Assembly (NCBI GenBank): GCA_965230895.1
Contig: OZ246394.1
Coordinates: 1,313,887-1,377,886 of the forward strand
Origin: an uncultured Gammaproteobacteria bacterium
GTDB lineage: Bacteria > Patescibacteriota > Microgenomatia > Levybacterales > UBA12049
Reading direction: 5' to 3'
DNA: 64,000 bases
In this document: one piece after another, positions 61,761-64,000 of the stretch
Position numbering within the stretch: the first letter of the stretch is position 1
How the letters are laid out: each line of letters begins with the position of its first letter
The notes under the pieces: model-generated
Seen by the model: the letters and a program-made list of their open reading frames with translations, nothing else
Database searches by the model: none
Told to the model about the DNA's origin: nothing
Position numbers and translations under genes: made by a program

Positions 61761-61782
61761 TGTTGTCAGAGATCTGACGACA
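61761..61782. promoter_or_regulatory. Palindromic operator overlapping the -35 of the TrmB gene
   Basis: TGTTGTCAGA-GA-TCTGACGACA (9/10 arm match). Minus-strand CTGACA (61769-61764), 17 bp, TATACT (61746-61741). Confidence 0.55.
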
Positions 61783-61851
61783 TAGAGAGCTAAAGTTTAG
61801 ATTGTTAAATCAGTTAAATTAATATTTTAATACAAAAGTGTAAACAGAGAT

Positions 61852-61880
61852 TTGACAGGATTTTATTTCAAAAATATAAT
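61852..61880 (+). promoter_or_regulatory. Consensus sigma70 promoter (leaderless transcript)
   Basis: TTGACA, 17 bp, TATAAT; ATG 6 nt downstream at 61887. Confidence 0.8.
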
Positions 61881-61886
61881 CATTTT

Positions 61887-62099
61887 ATGAGCAAAACAAA
61901 GCCTGTCTATTCAATAAAATCAAACCTCACGCCTCACAACGCAGCGGAAAAGGGATATAGATTTGTAGATGATGTTCCTGATCTTCGCAAGATCTTAAAC
62001 GAAGTTTTGTCAATTGCTTCAGAAAATGGTTATGTGCTGGGTTCAGCGAAAGATGAGAACAGAATAGGGTTGTACCAAAAGATTGAAGAGGTTATTTGA
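61887..62099 (+). CDS. Hypothetical small protein
   Basis: 70 aa ORF behind a perfect consensus promoter. Confidence 0.65.
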   Translation: MSKTKPVYSIKSNLTPHNAAEKGYRFVDDVPDLRKILNEVLSIASENGYVLGSAKDENRIGLYQKIEEVI

Positions 62100-62877
62100 T
62101 TTCGGGTTCAGGTAAGAGTCTCCAGAGAAGATCAAAGATTTGTTTAGAATTCTCATAGTATGCCTTATTATGAATTACTACACCAGTAATATTATTTTTA
62201 TCTGCGATATTGATAATTGCCACTTTGCCGTCATAGATTAATATATCGTTAGCAGTTAATTTGATATCATCTGGCAAAAATTTAAATAAATGCCTTCCAG
62301 CTAATTGTAATTCTTTTATATGGTTTAAAGCTGCTTCAGACTTTTGAACCAATTCATACACAAACATTTTGTTGTTTTTTGCTATAGCCTTATTAAACTT
62401 CTCACTGTTTTCTGGAAACGCTCGTTTTAAGTCCTTTGCATCAAAATAAGCTCGGATAGTATCAGACTTAAGTAGATCATTGTAGATGGCGTTTACACTA
62501 TTTTTTCCTTTGTAATATTTAATATCTGATTCTGATTGACCATGAGCTTGCATAAATGATTCATTCAATGTTGTTACAATCGGGAAGAGTTGTTCTTTGA
62601 GCATGTTTGCTTCACTGAGTTTTTCATCTACAAGATAATGGAGCTGCTCTGGTGGATTTGCAGTTATCTGTTTGGAAGCACCTTTGGATGTTGAAATTAA
62701 CCCTCTCTCAAGTAATGTGCTCACATATCCATATGCCGCAGTCCTATTAATTTTTGCTTTTTGAGCTAGTTCGGAGACTGTCATTGAGCCTTTAGGAAGG
62801 AGAAGGAGATATAACTTGGCTTCAGTTTCTGAAAGATCAAGCTTTTTTAAATAATTAATAATTGTTCGTACCAACAT
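62092..62877 (-). CDS. TrmB-family transcriptional regulator (paralog of 60957-61730)
   Basis: EAKLYL.LL, INRTAAY, LHYLVD, IYDGKVAIIN and SKQIFDLLW are shared with the neighbouring paralog. Confidence 0.85.
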   Translation of the reverse strand: MLVRTIINYLKKLDLSETEAKLYLLLLPKGSMTVSELAQKAKINRTAAYGYVSTLLERGLISTSKGASKQITANPPEQLHYLVDEKLSEANMLKEQLFPIVTTLNESFMQAHGQSESDIKYYKGKNSVNAIYNDLLKSDTIRAYFDAKDLKRAFPENSEKFNKAIAKNNKMFVYELVQKSEAALNHIKELQLAGRHLFKFLPDDIKLTANDILIYDGKVAIINIADKNNITGVVIHNKAYYENSKQIFDLLWRLLPEPEIK

Positions 62878-62933
62878 GAAAAGGAGGACAGAAGCTTGCC
62901 AAAAAGAAAGTTCTAGATTAAAATGGAATTACT

Positions 62934-64000
62934 ATGGACACGTATGACCATTTAATCCTCGGTGGAGGATCTATTGGCATGGCTATTGCCTTTAAATTAG
63001 CAAGTAAACTAAAGAATAGCAAAATAGCAATTATAGACTATCATAATGGATCAGCTGCGTCAAGCGCGGCTGGGGCTATGCTGGGGTGTTTTGGAGAAGT
63101 CACCAAATATACTTTTGGGCATCCTGCTCATCGTGACAAATTTGATCTCATGTATGCTGCACATAAAGCTTGGCCCAACTGGATGAAAGAATTAGAGTCT
63201 GCTTCCGGCAAAAAAATATGGCATACCCCTGGAACAAATATTATCCTTAATACGCAAGGTGGAGGACTTGATGAAGACAACTTTGAAGCAATTATAAAAG
63301 CCCTGAAGCAATATAATGAACCTTTTGAGGAAATAAACCCCAAAAGCATTGAAGGATTAGATGCTGCCTCATTTGCGAAACCCCTTCGTGCAATAAGGAT
63401 AAAAGAAGGTGCAGTGAACAGTAATCAGTATTTAGATGTCCTCCGGACTGCATGCGAAAAAAAGAACGTGCAATTTATAAATGGTAAAGTTGATAATATC
63501 GTCAAAAATAATAATTTATATACGATTAAATCTGATTCTGGAAATATTACTACAAAGAATGTTGTTCTTGCGACTGGTTCTTTTTCTCATGAGCTTTTAA
63601 AGAATAGTAATCTTGGAGTGGATATCATGCCAATTATGGCTGGCGTAGGCTTTGCTATGGTAACAGAAACAAGAGGAACAGCATTCAAGCATACTACTCG
63701 TGTAGCGAATCGTTCTGGTTCTTGTGGATTACATTTAATACCTTATGGTAGAAAGGAATATATTGGGGCAACCAATGTCATCCATACGGACCCACAAAAT
63801 CAATTTAATCCCGGAATGAATGTATTTTTAAGTAAATGTGCTATCGAACAGTTAAAAAGAGATTTATTCTGGTCCAAGGTCGAAGAATACAAAATAGGGA
63901 ATAGACCAATTGCGCTTGATACATTTCCCTTAATTGGTAAAACAAGTCTTAAAGGATTTTTTGTAGCAACAGGAACATACAGAGACGGATTCCATTGCTC
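62934..64000 (+). CDS. FAD-dependent oxidoreductase (ThiO/DadA glycine-oxidase-like), truncated by window end
   Basis: Not in the ORF track because it has no stop in the window. Reads MDTYDHLILGGGSIGMAIA (GxGxxG), AASSAAGAMLG, GNRP....FPLIG and ATGTYRDGF. Confidence 0.85.
   Translation, partial: MDTYDHLILGGGSIGMAIAFKLASKLKNSKIAIIDYHNGSAASSAAGAMLGCFGEVTKYTFGHPAHRDKFDLMYAAHKAWPNWMKELESASGKKIWHTPGTNIILNTQGGGLDEDNFEAIIKALKQYNEPFEEINPKSIEGLDAASFAKPLRAIRIKEGAVNSNQYLDVLRTACEKKNVQFINGKVDNIVKNNNLYTIKSDSGNITTKNVVLATGSFSHELLKNSNLGVDIMPIMAGVGFAMVTETRGTAFKHTTRVANRSGSCGLHLIPYGRKEYIGATNVIHTDPQNQFNPGMNVFLSKCAIEQLKRDLFWSKVEEYKIGNRPIALDTFPLIGKTSLKGFFVATGTYRDGFHC

Overview
The window looks like chromosome from a reduced-genome bacterium, probably Patescibacteria/CPR and Microgenomates-like. 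This is inferred from gene content, pervasive leaderless extended -10 promoters, a stand-alone PolA 5'-3' exonuclease and a tRNA-Ile(UAU); the genetic code is standard code 11. Positions 1-29897 are one giant minus-strand ORF of at least 9,965 codons. The ORF track missed it because it runs off the left edge without a stop. It encodes an N-terminal MerR/excisionase-like HTH, one hydrophobic anchor, then a huge Thr/Gly/Ala/Asn-rich fibre-like region with about 23 repeats anchored on a Cys pair plus 'LQxAYxGGN', and phage-tail-fibre motifs. A 1.4 kb AT-rich gap with clustered DnaA boxes follows. Next, in the same orientation, is an atypical F-type ATPase operon in canonical order E-F-H-A-G-D-C. 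It has no atpB (subunit a). Its c-like subunit lacks the ion-binding carboxylate and is fused to a signal peptide plus an extracellular tail-fibre-chaperone-like domain. The best candidate for a new system is this ion-uncoupled F1-like rotary ATPase next to the giant surface fibre. The remaining 37.6-64 kb is mostly envelope and housekeeping genes (uppP, ftsB-like, xer recombinase, radC, murD, ftsH, 5'-3' exonuclease, mutM), three tRNAs, two TrmB regulators and a partial FAD oxidoreductase.
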